Source of the DNA: Cenococcum geophilum
Lineage: Eukaryota
DNA length: 64,000 bases
Direction: 5' to 3'
Assembly: GCA_050273025.1 (NCBI GenBank)
Contig: CP158636.1
Location: forward strand, 11,656,001-11,720,000
The notes below the pieces were generated by a model. It was given only the letters and a program-made list of their open reading frames with translations, did no database searches and was not told the DNA's origin. Made by a program: the position numbers and the translations under genes. Within the stretch, counting starts at the first letter, position 1. Each line of letters begins with the position of its first letter. Positions 50,716 through 64,000 of the stretch are shown in pieces.

Positions 50716-51549
50716 TCATGATTTCGTTTTAAGGGTCGGCGGGGATGGGAATACCCACGGGAAAAGTCTTCAAATACCTTTCGTAGCAAAATGTACTCCA
50801 AGTCTCAGTTTAAGCCCTGAAATTTTCGACCGACGTTTGTTGTCGGCATCGCTAATGTAAAAGCAATGCAGGCGTACCCAAGTTCTCACTGGTCCGCTAG
50901 CGGGTGCCTGCTGCATGTTGCATGGTCAGGGATCCCTTAAACAACGACACCCCATCGCCAGTGCCCCAGCATCTAGTGTTGGCAATCGCGATTCTCGCCA
51001 CCGCCGGAAAATTGGTATAGGGTTACTCCTGTTTCTAGCCCCTTCAGTCGTTGTCTTCTTGACCGGATCCTAGAGATCTCGCGTCATCGACATTCTACGT
51101 CACACAAATCGTGAGCGAGATAGGGCGAGCTTGTGCGACTGCTACTAGTCTCGTAGCTAAATACCACCATATGTCTTACAAGGACGTAAGCTTCAGGGCT
51201 TCGAAACCTCGAGTGATTCGATCTCTTACTAGTAAGAATATCTATGTTTGCCCCCGCCACGTTTTTCTCGGTGCACAATCTCATCCGTAAAGTGAGACAG
51301 CGAGTCATAATGCATCGTTTGAAATGGAGTGGCCGGTCAAGATAGGATACACGGTCCACTATTTTCTCTGAAAGTATTGCCAGGCAGGGCACACTTTCGC
51401 AATAAGTTGCCTAACCATCACTACCGGTTTTGAGACGATGTCGGTCATGCAGCCGAAGACTACGTTGGCACCAATCAATGAAATAAACGCACAAAATACA
51501 TGTACAAGTACCTTTGCAAATGCTCAACATCGTCCATCGGCAGATTCAC

Positions 51550-54500
51550 ATATTGGAGCTTGATAGAACGTTAATTACCATGTCATTGTGGTCCTTTAAT
51601 ATCCCGGCTAAACACTCCGATATCGTTGCTGCAAGCGTTACTTCTCACCGCAATTCCATTTTCGGGACAGCATTCGGAAAATTTCTTTCTACGCCGTACC
51701 ATACTGTTAATCGCCCTATGGAGTATCCCGGAGCCGCCACCGGTATCACTTGCCCGGATTCCACCACACGGTTATCCAAAATTTCAAATCTCAATACAGC
51801 AGAATGCAACGGGACTCGATACAGTTTGGCGTTTGATGCCATTCGCTTGCCCCCACGTGTTACCAAATAGTAGTCTCGGACACAAACCTCTGGTCAATGC
51901 TGAGCATTGCGGTGCCAAGTATACCTAGCTATACAATACCAAACGAGTTTAAATACTTCATTTTCTTTAAATGAAAATCAAGGTCTGCATCTAAAGCAGC
52001 TTCTGCAGAATTTTTTTCACCTAAGTGCCGAAAATTACCGGCAGCAGAGAACATTTCAAGAGCTTCTATTTTCGACAATCAATTCTGGCTACTGGCTGAA
52101 AGAAGATACACAATGAACAGATCAATTTATTGTTGGAAAAGCCTTAGGTAAGGACAAAAGCTTACCGTTTATACTGGTATTGAATTTTCCGGCAGTACTA
52201 TGTTGAGCACTAGCCTCTGTTGGATGCTCGACATGCATAGATTTCCTCTATAATATTACTCCTCGGCAATCTTGAGAGATTTTCGGAGAGCCTCGGCAGA
52301 ACGCGTGGTTGAGAGAAATCTCCGTGCCTTACCTGTTCTAGCTATAGTTGGTGAGGATAGTCTTGATTTTATCCCTTGGTGGTGTGTAATACTGAGTCAG
52401 GGCTTTTCCGTTCCGACTCCATTTTTACTTTTAAATCCTGATACGTTAAGGCTAATGCAGTTCATCCCACTTCTTCTCCAACCACGATCCATCACGCTCC
52501 TTTTCGGCAATTTCAAAGCTAAGTATGCGAGAAATGACTTTCCACATGCGTCTTCGGCCGGTAATCTTGCGATAGTGTCTCAAACCATCGGTGTTTTGTC
52601 ATACGAGGCGTTCAGATTTTGAAAACTGCTTGCATCCACCAGAGCGACACATCAGCGTTCTTCCCTGCATCACATGTATCCTGCACGCTTACAAGAATGC
52701 TCCTCACCTGCTAATCCTAGCTGGGGGGCCGCGCAACGAAAACCCATAATCTTGGGCAATTACTGGTTTAGTTCTAAACATAAGATTTCAGTTGAGACCC
52801 GTCAGCCTTACTCCCCCTTGCGGTAGCCGTCCGGGCTTCCGACGCAGGGGTGAGCCTGGCACCTGCGAGGCATGCTCGAAAGAAGCTGAGGAATGGTGAT
52901 GTGGGGCGGCGGACTCCCGGTAGTGAATGTGGGTAAGCTAAGAAAACGTGCACGAGATAGGGCGACGCAGCATGAAACGACGAACACCCAGGTCCGGTAC
53001 TTTTCGATAGTCTTCCCTGGACGTTCTTTCAAGGAACAGCCCTAAGGACTTTAAAACCGGGCGTCGGACGGGCCAATCCCGAATAATCGGCAGTACGGAT
53101 GAAACATCCGAAGTGTTTCGACATCTTTGTTGAGCATGGTGTGGCGTGAACTTCATGACTCGCTTGATGGTTCGGGCCACTGTTATATGTCACTCAGGAC
53201 AGCATAACCAAATGCTCACTGGCAAGAAAACACACGAATTGCCGACGCATCTCGCGCTTCGCATGATATGTGGCAAACCCCAAACTGCTTTGTTAAGTTT
53301 TGCATACAAAACTTCACAAGCAGCTTCACTTTGCTCCGGCAGACCGGTCATGCTAAGCTTAACTACATAAGGCATTCCTTACTTACGAGGGAGGGTCCAT
53401 GGTGATCCTAATTCAACCGATGGTTGTATTTGCTTTAAGGTTTGAGCAGCGAACTCGTTTGGGTGAAGGATCATTTGGCTTGTTCAAACCCAGGGTCAAG
53501 CTGCAGCGACAGTACCTAGTATCATAACGAGGAAAGTGGCAGCTTCTACAGGGAAAGTCCCCACCAAATGATGGTGCGGCGAATGACGGAGCTCCGCTCG
53601 GTGAACTACAGTTCGAAACAATCAGATCAAAAGGTAAAATGCCAAGGGAAAATCCTATCTTGAAAATGTCGCTAGAATTCCCATGAACACGGCACCGGTG
53701 TCCCCTAACGTCCTGCGATCGGCTCCCCAAGTGGGGCTGTCCTGGCTGACGGCCCACTGTTCCACGGCTTCCAAGCAGGAGTCTTCTAGAGGCCCGAACT
53801 CCCATCCTACATGCCTAGTGGCCTTTCATGCGTGCTTGTCTCAATCATCACAACTATTCTCAGTTCCGTTTTGGAGTATTGCTAGGTTCGGTCTACAGGA
53901 TACGACCTCCCTAACACCCTTAAGCATGACAATAAATCTACCTAGCTAGATCTTAGGAATCGAGCACACCAGTTTGAAAGAACTAATCTCAATATATGTG
54001 CTTATTGCCGCATGGCATGACGCACTTTGTTCTCGAAGAAGACTAACCTGACAGCCCCAATTACGTGCTCTGACAGTGACGAAAACCCCCCCTTGATTAT
54101 GCAGGTTTCTCTCAGCTAGTCAATACAACCTTGTCGGGTTTTTTGAGCATTTTAGATGATAAAGACAATATCACACCACCAATCACGTACGCCTTAATGC
54201 CTGTCATTCAAAAAGCTCCTAAATTGCGCAGTGTCTAAACTGGAGGCCGGCAAAGGAGGCGTTTGAAAAATATGAGTACACCAGCGGTGGTAGCAGGATT
54301 GCGTTCCACCGAAGATAAGCCGGATGTTTAAATTCTGACCTTTGAGTTGTTGAGTAAGTGGGATGTTCTAGGTATGATGCATCCTCTAAACGGAGTTTGG
54401 GCCCGTTCAATCCATTGGAGGACATCTCTCCGGGTATCCCAACACATTCGCCATTTCTACTGATTGGAGTCCACCAATGACTATGGGAAAATTAAACGTT

Positions 54501-54740
54501 TCCAGCTCCTTTTTGCAAACTCTCACCAGTAACGATCGTTCTTTCGAAAGTGAAGATTTTCAGAAATTGGTGGTATTGGTTGCTAATTAGGCTAGATGTA
54601 TTTAACCGTTCGTTCAAGTTATCAACCAAGCTTTCTTTGAAGACCCCTATTCAGTTCAAGGATGGAGCCCAATGCTCATGAATGAGCTGGGATTGCGCAA
54701 GCCTTGAACTGAATCTTGCCATGCACTTCTCCTGCAGCGT
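51550..54740 (-). pseudogene. Possible heavily degenerated gene of unknown family
   Basis: A chain of minus-strand ORF fragments (54219-54425, 53413-53805, 53190-53375, 52938-53180, 51645-51866), several of which continue in frame across single stops; no recognisable motif. Confidence 0.25.
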
Positions 54741-54810
54741 GGGGTGACTTAGATTGGACCCTGCTTGGGTAACGTACAAATGGGGTACGTGCCAAGAAGC
54801 TAGCAATGTA

Positions 54811-54972
54811 CGCATCCGGTTGAAAGCGCGTGTCGATCTTGGTGATCAAACGGCAGAATTTATACCTTTTGAAGTAATAAGCACGGCCATTTTAACGTAT
54901 TTTTACTTACTTTTGGGTGCAGATATACGCATTTTGGTTAGCGTGATCAACACGCGCTTTCAGCCGGATGCG
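54811..54972. mobile_element. 162-bp MITE-like fold-back element
   Basis: 28-bp TIR CGCATCCGGTTGAAAGCGCGTGTCGATC / GATCAACACGCGCTTTCAGCCGGATGCG with 2 transition mismatches; AT-rich interior; TA on the left flank only. Confidence 0.65.
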
Positions 54973-54976
54973 CCAA

Positions 54977-55405
54977 GACGGTGTGCATACCCCCTTGTGA
55001 TCGCCACCCAAAAGACCACCGATCCGAGACAACCCCCCTGGTCGCGCTTCGAATCGCTCCCTTCTCGATCAAAATACCTTTTACAACACCACAACTGTGG
55101 CCTCCCCCTCCCCCTCCCCCCCCAATTCGCAACCGCTCGATCAAGAAGCTCAAATGCAAATTGCTCTTAGGCATTCAGAAGCTAATCCTGCAGTCGTCTT
55201 GCCGCTATATTCAACCTCCCGCTGTTATCTCTCCACCGTTGGAGAGGCCACTAATCAAGTAAGGAATATCACTAAAAGCTCTAAAAGCTCTTGGTTATTA
55301 AGGAGGAGTCCTTAATTACATAAATTAATATAATAAGAGCTTAGGGGTGGCCACTAAGGATATAATACCTTAAATTAATAGCTAAGAGTATTCTATCAAA
55401 CACTT
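54977..55405 (+). mobile_element. 5' fragment of a pogo/Fot1-type (Tc1/mariner) DNA transposon, RIP-mutated
   Basis: Translation ...QEAQMQIAL...LHRWRGH*SSKEYH*KL*KLLVIKEESLIT*INIIRA*GWPLRI*YLKLIAKSIL matches the CENP-B-type HTH of Fot1 transposases (QKLsxxEExLxxWIxxMxxWGWPPR); GACCACC/GACAACC repeats in the leader. Confidence 0.7.
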
Positions 55406-55441
55406 ACGCTATGGTATACTTTACACTAATCACTTATACCT

Positions 55442-55901
55442 TGTATCCCAGGTATAAACGACTCGGCCCAGTTATCGGGTTCTGGTTCGTATGATATATG
55501 TTGACTAGGGATATGAAGATAAACAATGACTCGTCCGTGAGCGTGAATGACCAATATTAACAGGTGCTTAATATTACTTTGAGTCATTAACCACGAGGGT
55601 TCCATTTAGGCGAGAGAATGTGTTCTCAGATACAATTCCAACACCATACAATGAAAACCTTCGTAGTCTTCCGAACTCAATAAGATCATTTCGATTGGTT
55701 ATCTGATCCTCTCGATCCATCTGGTCCTTTTCCCTCAACCTGACCGTCCCGCTGATCCTCCTGATCTAATCCTATTGGTTCGTTTACCAGTAGGCAAGGG
55801 CTTACTCCACTAAGTCCTTCGCTTTATAGTCTTTCCAGATCTCTTCTCTCTAAAGCTTAGTTAATACTAGTGTGGTGGTGTGATTCGGTCCCTTGGATAC
55901 A
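55442..55901. mobile_element. LTR-like sequence (about 460 bp) of a second retroelement
   Basis: Bounded by TGTATCC...GGATACA (TG...CA with short IR); no TSD, followed by about 95 bp before the next LTR begins. Confidence 0.5.
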
Positions 55902-55997
55902 ACATTTAGATCGGGCCAAGGTTTGAATAAGCATAGGCCTTCTGTAGTTATATAGATTAGTTCAGAGTCTTCAATGACTCGGACTGACCGACAGACT

Positions 55998-56899
55998 TGT
56001 AACGGAACCTTGTAGGAAATACCACGGTGGGCTCTGTTAATGGGCTGGGTATGTAGGTAAACAAATTAACAAGATTAACTGTGAAGTATTTACCTAATAG
56101 ATTAACCCTAATTATATTCTAATAATTACTATAAAGAGAGAACTATTTACAGTGGGACTATAGGTCCTTGAGTATAATTCCTAGCGCCTAAGAAATCCCT
56201 TTATAGGTAATATACGTGTTATACATATTATACGTAACGTACCTCGCGTATACTGCGTATAATATTATATAACTCGCTTTACTACTCGTTATATAGTTCT
56301 ACTAGGTCTATTATAGCCCGTACTACCTCTAGTAGCTCACCTAGCTCTCCTCTAAGTAGCTATAACGCTTTTAATATAAGGTCTATCCCTTGGCCCGTCA
56401 ACTTATATCTAACGGTTATCGATAAGAACTAGCCAATCAATCGTGCTGGATCTAACGCCTGTACTAGGAGGTGTTGTCTATTACGGACGCTTTAAGTACG
56501 ATGTTACGACTACTTAGAGAGGAGTTAGAAGAAGCTAGTTGGTTAATACAGGCACGGTCTAGGATAGATCCGGTAGAACTATATGACGAGGAATAGTAAC
56601 CGAGTCACGTGATGTGATCTGTGTAATCTGTATGATCTATGTAATCCGCGACAGAGTAGATAGAGTACACATACCTTACGTATAAGGAGGGTTTCCTAGG
56701 AGTAAGGTTATATATTTAAAGGACCACAGTCCCTACTCTAGATAGTTCTTTCCTTATAGTAATTCTCAGAATATAATTAGAGTTAATCTATTAGGCAACC
56801 ACTCCACCAGTTATTATTACGTTGTTAACTTATTGCGATACCTACACACCTAGCCCAATAACAAGCCTACCGTAGTACTTGCTATAAGGTTCCGTTATA
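55998..56899 (+). mobile_element. 5' LTR (902 bp) of a Ty3/Gypsy retrotransposon
   Basis: Starts TGTAACGGAACCTT and ends AAGGTTCCGTTATA (14-bp IR, terminal CA changed to TA, consistent with RIP); gag ATG follows at 56945. Confidence 0.85.
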
Positions 56900-59800
56900 T
56901 AATCACTACCTAATTACGGTATTAAATACAGAAAGTTAAACAATATGCCACCAAAAGCAGCCACTACAACGCCATTAATGGCGGCAACTACTTTAAGGTT
57001 AGGAGGTGATACCAATATAGCAGATACTAACTTACAGCAACCTATAACAGTCGGATAACTATAAGAAATAGTTAACCAGTTAACAGAAAATAATACGGCA
57101 CTTAAATAAAGGGTCAACGGAATAGGCGTAGTAAAGGTTAAGTTACTATCAATTAAAAGATTCTTAGGAGAAAGATCGAAGCTTAAAGGATTCCTTATAT
57201 AAATGCACTTTAAGGTAGCGCAAGAAGGAGCAAAGCTAGTAACACCTATAGACCAAATAGCGTATATAGGATTGTTCTTATTAGGAAGAGCACTTAAATA
57301 GTTTAAGCCTTACCTTATAGAGATATAAGTAAATGGAATAATAACAATAAACTAAAAAGTACGGTTTATATTCTTAAGTTAGAATAGGTTTATAGAGCGA
57401 CTTATATAAATGTTTAGAGACCTAGAGGCGACAACCACAGCAAAAAGAAAACTCTAAGACATTACATAACGAACCTCAGTAATTAAGTACACAACGTAGT
57501 TCCAGACGCTAGCAATATAAGTTAAGTAGAATAATAGGGCGCTTATAGCACAGTATAAATAGGGACTTAAGGCTAAAGTCTAGGATATAATTATTCTAAT
57601 AGAAGATACGGACACCCTAAGGAAATTAATAAATTAAGCGATTAAGATCAACAATAGGATCTTCTAAAGGGAATAGGCTAAGAAAGGCTAGGATAGAGTT
57701 CCACAGTTATATAAGATATAAAGTGCGTAATAACCAAAGCTAAGTTAGAAACTATAGTATGGCGCAGAGCTAATAGACCTAAGCGGTACTAAAGAAGCCT
57801 ATAAGAGATAGAGTAAGAAACTATAGAAACCTAAAGGTTAAGGATCTAGTAATTATAGAACTAAGGAGTAAAGGCTAAACCAGGGATCTTATTAGCAGAA
57901 GATATTTAGGCGGACTCTATAGCAAAGTTAGTAGTTTAGAGATAGAGCTTATATAAATTGCGGGAAATAGGGTTATTTCACAAGGGATTATAAAGATAGT
58001 TAAAGTTACTATATAATAAAGGGAACCCGACTAGTAGAAGACACATATATATAGAGGGATAATAGTATACTACAAGAAACAAAAGAATATTTAATTAGAA
58101 GTTTTGCGTTTTATTATAATAACATATACTAAATTTATAAAGACACTAAGTACAGCGTAAGCTATTAGCTATAGGAGCTAAAATCTATAGAGTATAGGGG
58201 AACCAACAAACTATCGCGTAGATTAGATATTAAAGATAATAAGTTTAATATAGGCGAAATATTTACAGATAATAAGGAAATAAAGGCAGTTTACTAGGAA
58301 TGTGTAAACCTTAGAGAAGTTATATTAGAAGTAAAAACTAAGACCGCTATAAAGCAAGGTTTAGTAACGGGCATTATAACACCGTTAGATATGGCATCTA
58401 TTACTTTATAAAATAGCAGAAGTAGTATCTAAAAGAGATTAAGTAAGTAGACGACTGCTAGTACTAGCTTACCACTTAATAAAGGCAAAAGGCTAAAGGC
58501 TTAAGATTCTTAAGATAAGATAAAAGAGATTTAAGATTTTGTAAATAGGATAAGAATAGCTTAAAAACCCATAATGGACGAAAACCGATAGAGTAGAGCA
58601 GTAGCTTAGTTTAAAGATATACGAATAAGCTCGGGACAAGAGTTTCCCACGGCATTAGATTCTTAAGACGAGATAAATAAGATTTAAAACTCTTAAAAAG
58701 AGATAAGAACACTATAGACACCTAGTTAAACTAAGGTAAAAGCTAAGCTTAAGTTAGAAGCAAGCTTAGGATTAAAAAATCTAAGGGATTAAGAATTTAA
58801 AGTACAAATAAGGGCACCTATAGGTAAGAGGCAGGGAGCTTCTTTATAGATTAGAGAATTTATAATATAAATAGCAGTTAAACTAGGAGACAGATATATA
58901 GACCTAAAGGACTTACTAGTAGAACACATTGTTCAGCCTAAAGATTAGAAAGTTAATATTAAGATTAAGAAGTATAAAGACTTTAAGGATCCACTTATAA
59001 GACGTAAAAAAAAAGAAACTATAGAGGAATTTAGAGCAAGAATTACCTTATAGTAAAAGCAGAAACTAGATAAAAGATCTAGTCTACCAAAATATATAAG
59101 GGACAGAGCACCTATATAAAAGGTCATTAATAGGCTAAGAGTAGGCACACTAAGAGCTAAATAGCTTACTAAATTAGAATAAAAAGAGGATCTAGGGATT
59201 CCAACTAGGTTTAAAAAACAACATATAAAGGGCTATTACAACGCAGTAATAAGAAGATACTTCCTTACGGATAAGCTGTATATACTTAAGGGGTTATACT
59301 AAAAGTAGTATAGACAACGACATAATAATAAGTGAGAAGATTTCTATATATAGTTAGATAAGAAAGTTATCTAAGACCACCTAATTACAAAAAAGGCTAT
59401 AACTTATATTAAAGGAGCCTTAATTATAACGTTAAAAGATTTAAAGGAGTAATTAGAGAACTAAAGAAGTAAAAAATAAAATTTAATACCTATAAACGAA
59501 GTCGCGACGCTTAGATTAATAAGAGAAAGGTTTAAACTTAAGAATAAAGATAAGCTAAGAGTTAACCTAAGACACTAAGCATATTATATACTATTATAGA
59601 TAGCATATATAGATAATACGTATAATATACATAGAGCACCTAAGGATAAAAATTAGAAGTATCTAATAAGAATATATTAGATAACGGATAAGGCAAAATA
59701 TTAAAACGCTAAGTATATATATAGTTGGCACCTAGTAGAAGTTCAAAAACAAGGGGACTTAATACTTTAGCCAGGAAAATTCCTTATAGAAGAATGCCTA

Positions 59801-60269
59801 AATAAACAACAGTGGTGGGAATATCCAGAAAACACCTATTTATAGCATATTAAGGATAAAAAGTAAACTAAGTATTAGCCTAAGTTAGACTAAGTATAAA
59901 TAGGATTAAGCAGCCAATAGTTAGGAAAAGTAAAGGCCCACAAAACTAGAGGGAACCAGTAGTAGAGCCTCAGACCCTTAAAGGAATTTAAGGATAATAC
60001 CTAAATTTACAAGTTAAGTAGCAAGATTAATAGTTTAAGGCATTAATAGATAGTAGAGTAACAAAAAACTACATCTTACTAGCAGCAGTTAAAAGAATAG
60101 GGTTATCACATAGGAAAAAGGAATATCCTTACCTATTAGTAACAATTTTAGGAGATCTAATAGCCTACGGAGGAGGCATTATCAATCTTAAAACAGGACC
60201 TATTTAAATAACCATTAAAAGGAAATAAATTAAGATATCTTTTAATATATTACCATTAGGGAATAATAA

Positions 60270-61887
60270 TAATAATTCATTGCTTAACGTCCGATTCGGA
60301 TCCCTATTGGGCCCACGCGGACTACTCCTTATATACATGTGGGGAGAAAACTCTATTTAAGAAAACCCTGTGATCCATCTCCCCGCCTTATGGGACTCGC
60401 CTGCGAGGCGCCTACGAGGCGCCTGCGAGTCACCTGTGGTGCTCCTACTACCTTACTTTTTAACCTCCTTGGGAACCACTGCTGCCGTAATAAGCCTACG
60501 GACGCGCTAGTATTGTAAACTTTGCTTTACTGCTATAGAGTTATTAGGGGGCACCCGTTGCTCGCCCCCCTACCTTTTATTGCCATTTCCTTTGCAACCC
60601 AGAACTAGTTTAGTATATTTTGGCTAATAAGCCACTAGGTAACCGCCTTAAGGCCTTTTTATATTAAGAGCAGTGTCTTATAATTCTCTGTGCTAGCTAC
60701 TAAGAGTATTACTTCTTAGTTAGTACGTAAGGGGCATAGCAGTATTACGTGCTTTAGTGTTTGTCTTAGCTAGCCACATTCACATCTCGGGCTACCTACT
60801 AGGACACCTACCCAGTAGAGCCAGTCTTTTAGTCCTATTACTCCTATTCTTAAAAGTGTTGCTATTATATTTTCTGCCTTTATTAGGCCTTCTTGGAGCC
60901 CTAGAGTATTTACCCCCCATAGCGTTAACCATGCTACGGCTTAGGTTCTTCTTGCCTTAGTTAACCTCTGTACCTTTAACTCCCATACGCCTCTTTAGCG
61001 TTAGTTTAGCTAGTATTATATTACGGTAGTTGGTTTCCTAGCGTTCTTTTATACTTTACTTTAGCTCTTTTCTCTCTCTTGCTGTTATCCTTGCTAGCCT
61101 CTTGCGCGTCTCCTTTCCTCCTCTATATGGGCCTGGGCCCTAGAGCAGCACTATTCTTCTTCTACTTTCTTCACCTGTTTCTCTAATATATCTTCCCTAC
61201 TTTAGGGTTATTGGTTTGTTCTCCTATAAGGCGCCCTAGGGTCCCTCCATAGTTTATTTAGGCGTGTTTTAATATACTTTATAATATTAGAGTTGCGTTC
61301 CTTTTGCGCCCTTTATATTGCAGCGGCTTCAATATATAGTTATAGGGGGGGAATATTAGCTTCCTTCTCAAGCAGTGCTGTGGCCGTTCGCCTATATCCG
61401 CCTATTATACTCCAGAGGCAGGCTATTTAGACCTTTTAGAGTGGTTTAAGGAGCGATTTGGGGGGGCCTTTCTTAGATTCTCCAATGGCCCAAATACTGG
61501 ACCTATACGTCATGGTTGGCCGGACAACTGCTGTATATAGTAGGCGTGACCTCTAGAAGCATGGGCCCCATGTGGAATTGACAATCCTAGATAATGCGAT
61601 GTACTATGCTTAGCCCTTGGGCCGCTTAGGCCGCATATGCGCTCCACTGGAGCTTACTGTCTACCCATACTCCTAATACTCTTAGGCCCTGAACTAGCTG
61701 ACCCCTAAAGCCTTAGATGCGAATTGTGTGCTAGAGATCTGCAGATTGGTTGCGTTTTCTTGTAAAATAGATTAGCTGGTACTTCTCTGGTGAGAATTGG
61801 ACTCCATGTCGTCTTGCCCATTCTATATAGGTGTTATAAGCTTTCTCTAGCGTTCTGCAATTCTCTGCGGCTGTTGGCCCGTATGTG
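60270..61887 (-). mobile_element. 5'-truncated Tad1-like LINE inserted in the Gypsy protease
   Basis: Minus-strand NCRTLEKAY...WARRHGVQFSPEKYQLIYFTRK, LRVLGVWVDSKLQW, LLYTAVVRPTMTY, C-terminal CECG...QTLKHVILLCP; (ATT)n tail; 17-bp TSD CCATTAGGGAATAATAA at 60253-60269 and 61888-61904. Confidence 0.92.
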
Positions 61888-64000
61888 CCATTAGGGAATA
61901 ATAAGGCAGTATTAGAAATGCCTTAGTTACAAAAATACAATCTAAAGATTAATTAGATTACAGGTTAAGTTAATATTAGGGATACTTAACGCCGTAAAAT
62001 ATAATAACAAGCTAAGTTAGTATAGTACTAAGTTAGAGCGATATATAAGGAAACTAAGAAAGGGTTAAGCTATATACTAAGGAGATACTATAAGTACGGC
62101 AAGAAACTATAATTACTAAAAAGTAAAAAGCTGTTAGAGTATACAGTATAGGACTATAAGATAGAGTTAGAACTAGGAACAAGTCTAAGGTTTTTCCCAA
62201 TCTATAAGCTTACTAAAGAAGAAGATAGGGCATTAAAAGAGTTTATCTAAGAAAACTTACAAAAAGGATATATCAGACCATCGCAATTATTAGCGGGTTA
62301 TCCAGTACTATTCGTACTAAAGAAAAATAGCAAACTAAGGCTGTGCATTAACTATAGATAGTTAAACAGCATTACTAGGAAGGATAGATATCCTTTACCC
62401 TTAATTAGCAAAATCCAAAATAGGATAGGCAACGCGTAAATCTTTACAAAGATAGATCTAAGATAGGTATACCATTAGATTAGGATTAAAAAAGGTAACA
62501 AATAAAAGGCAGCCTTTAGGTCAAAAAAAGAACTATATAAACCATTAGTTATGCAATTCGGGCTTATAAACGCACTAGCAACGTTTTAGAAGCGAATTAA
62601 CAATATATTAGGAGAACACTTAGATGAATTTATTATAGCATATCTTAACAATATTATCATTTACTTAATAACTAAAGAAGAATATAGAGAATACGTTAAA
62701 TAGGTCTTAAAGAGACTACAAGAGGAATAGATACTAGTAGCAATTAAAAAATACAAGTTCTTTACCAGGAAAACCGATTTCATTAGATTTATTATTAAAC
62801 TAGGCCAACTTAGTATAGATCTAAAGAAGATTAAGGCTATAGTAAATTAGTAGGAATTAGAGAACATTATATAGTTAAGATTATTCCTAGGGTTTTACAA
62901 TTACTATAAAAGGTTTATAGCGCAATAGTTAAAGGATATTAAACTATTTACGCGGTTAATAAAAAAAAAGAACTATAGGTATAAGGAAAGGAGTAATAAA
63001 AACTATTTAAGGAAGTTAAGAGGTTATTTACCTAGGAGCTAGTTCTTAAGATCTATTAACTAGGTCTAGAGACGGTTATAAAAACAAATATATTAGACTT
63101 TATACTAGGAGCATACTTTATACAAAAGCATCTAGATAAATGGCACCCAGTAACATACTATAGTCGGAAGATAACACTACTAAAGTTAAACTATAACATC
63201 TATAACAAGGAGTTATTAGGTATAGTTACAGTATTAAAGAAATAGAGAGCATTCTTACAAGGTATAGAGAAACTATTTATAGTTAAGATAGATTATAAGA
63301 ACCTAATAGGATTCCTAATAATAAAGGAACTTAACTAAAGATAGGTTAGATGGGTAGAGATGCTTATAGAATACTATTTTAAGATTTAGTATACTAAGGG
63401 TACAGACAACACGAGAGTAGATGCTCTAAGTTAAAAAGCTAAACTATAAAACAATAAGAAGCCATTAGGGGCTTTATTGCGAAAAGATATAAATAGGTTA
63501 ATTAGATACAATTATCTAAAAATTATAGCAACTTAGGAGAAACTAGAGAAAGTTTATAAGTTATTAGAAAGCTTTTAGGCATAAAGAATTCTAGAAATAT
63601 AGCTAAAAGATCTACAGTCGGATATATATAAAAACTAAGAAGTAAAGTACATCCCAAGAAGCATAGCAGAGCACTTTATAGAAGATTTCTATAAAGGACT
63701 AACTTAAGGACACAACGGAGCTACGGGCTTAGTGTTAAGACTCTAGGAGAAGTACATTATTAACGGAATCTAGAGGATAGCTAGAAAGGTCACTAAAGAA
63801 TATCTAGATTATTAAAGAAACTAACTAATAAGGCATAAGCCATATAGAGGGCTATAACCTATTAAAATACCAGAGAGACTATAGGAGGTTATATTATAGG
63901 ACTTTATTATAAAGTTACTAAAATTAAGAGATCCTATTACCGGATAAGATTATAACGTGATCTTAGTAATAGTAGATAAGCTTATAAAGTAGGGATACTT

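Larger units (their letters stand above)
55998..64000 (+). mobile_element. RIP-inactivated Ty3/Gypsy LTR retrotransposon (gag, PR, RT, RH, IN), continues beyond the window
   Basis: gag from 56945 with RIPped zinc knuckle YINCGK*GYFTRDY (about 57950); protease ALIDSRV (about 60040); [32 protein letters not shown] (YLDD); RNase H WHPVTYYSRK, YNKELL; integrase ILVIVDKL; many TAA/TAG stops. Confidence 0.95.

Overview
Eukaryotic DNA from a filamentous ascomycete (Pezizomycotina, probably a TE-rich Dothideomycete; this is inferred from intron style, gene content and RIP). Bases 1-50.7 kb are a gene-rich block with spliceosomal introns: an F-box-like hypothetical protein, cis-prenyltransferase (RER2-like), a conserved hypothetical protein, a SET-domain methyltransferase, a Ser/Pro-rich protein, a Pcl-type cyclin, a membrane glycoprotein, VPS13, EMI1, cytosolic HSP70, a DUF3429/TMEM69-like protein, glycerol kinase and a 72-aa Cys-rich microprotein. 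Ankyrin and GTPase pseudogenes and small non-autonomous transposons are interspersed. From about 54.8 kb to the end is a RIP-mutated (CpA to TpA) transposon nest: a pogo/Fot1 fragment, an LTR, and a Ty3/Gypsy element whose protease is interrupted by a 5'-truncated Tad1-like LINE. The most notable observation is a candidate intronic box C/D snoRNA (3898-3975) with two antisense elements, one complementary to 18S rRNA and one to fungal U6 snRNA just upstream of the ACAGAGA box. The target RNA sequences were recalled from memory, not searched. All family assignments are by motif recognition only.
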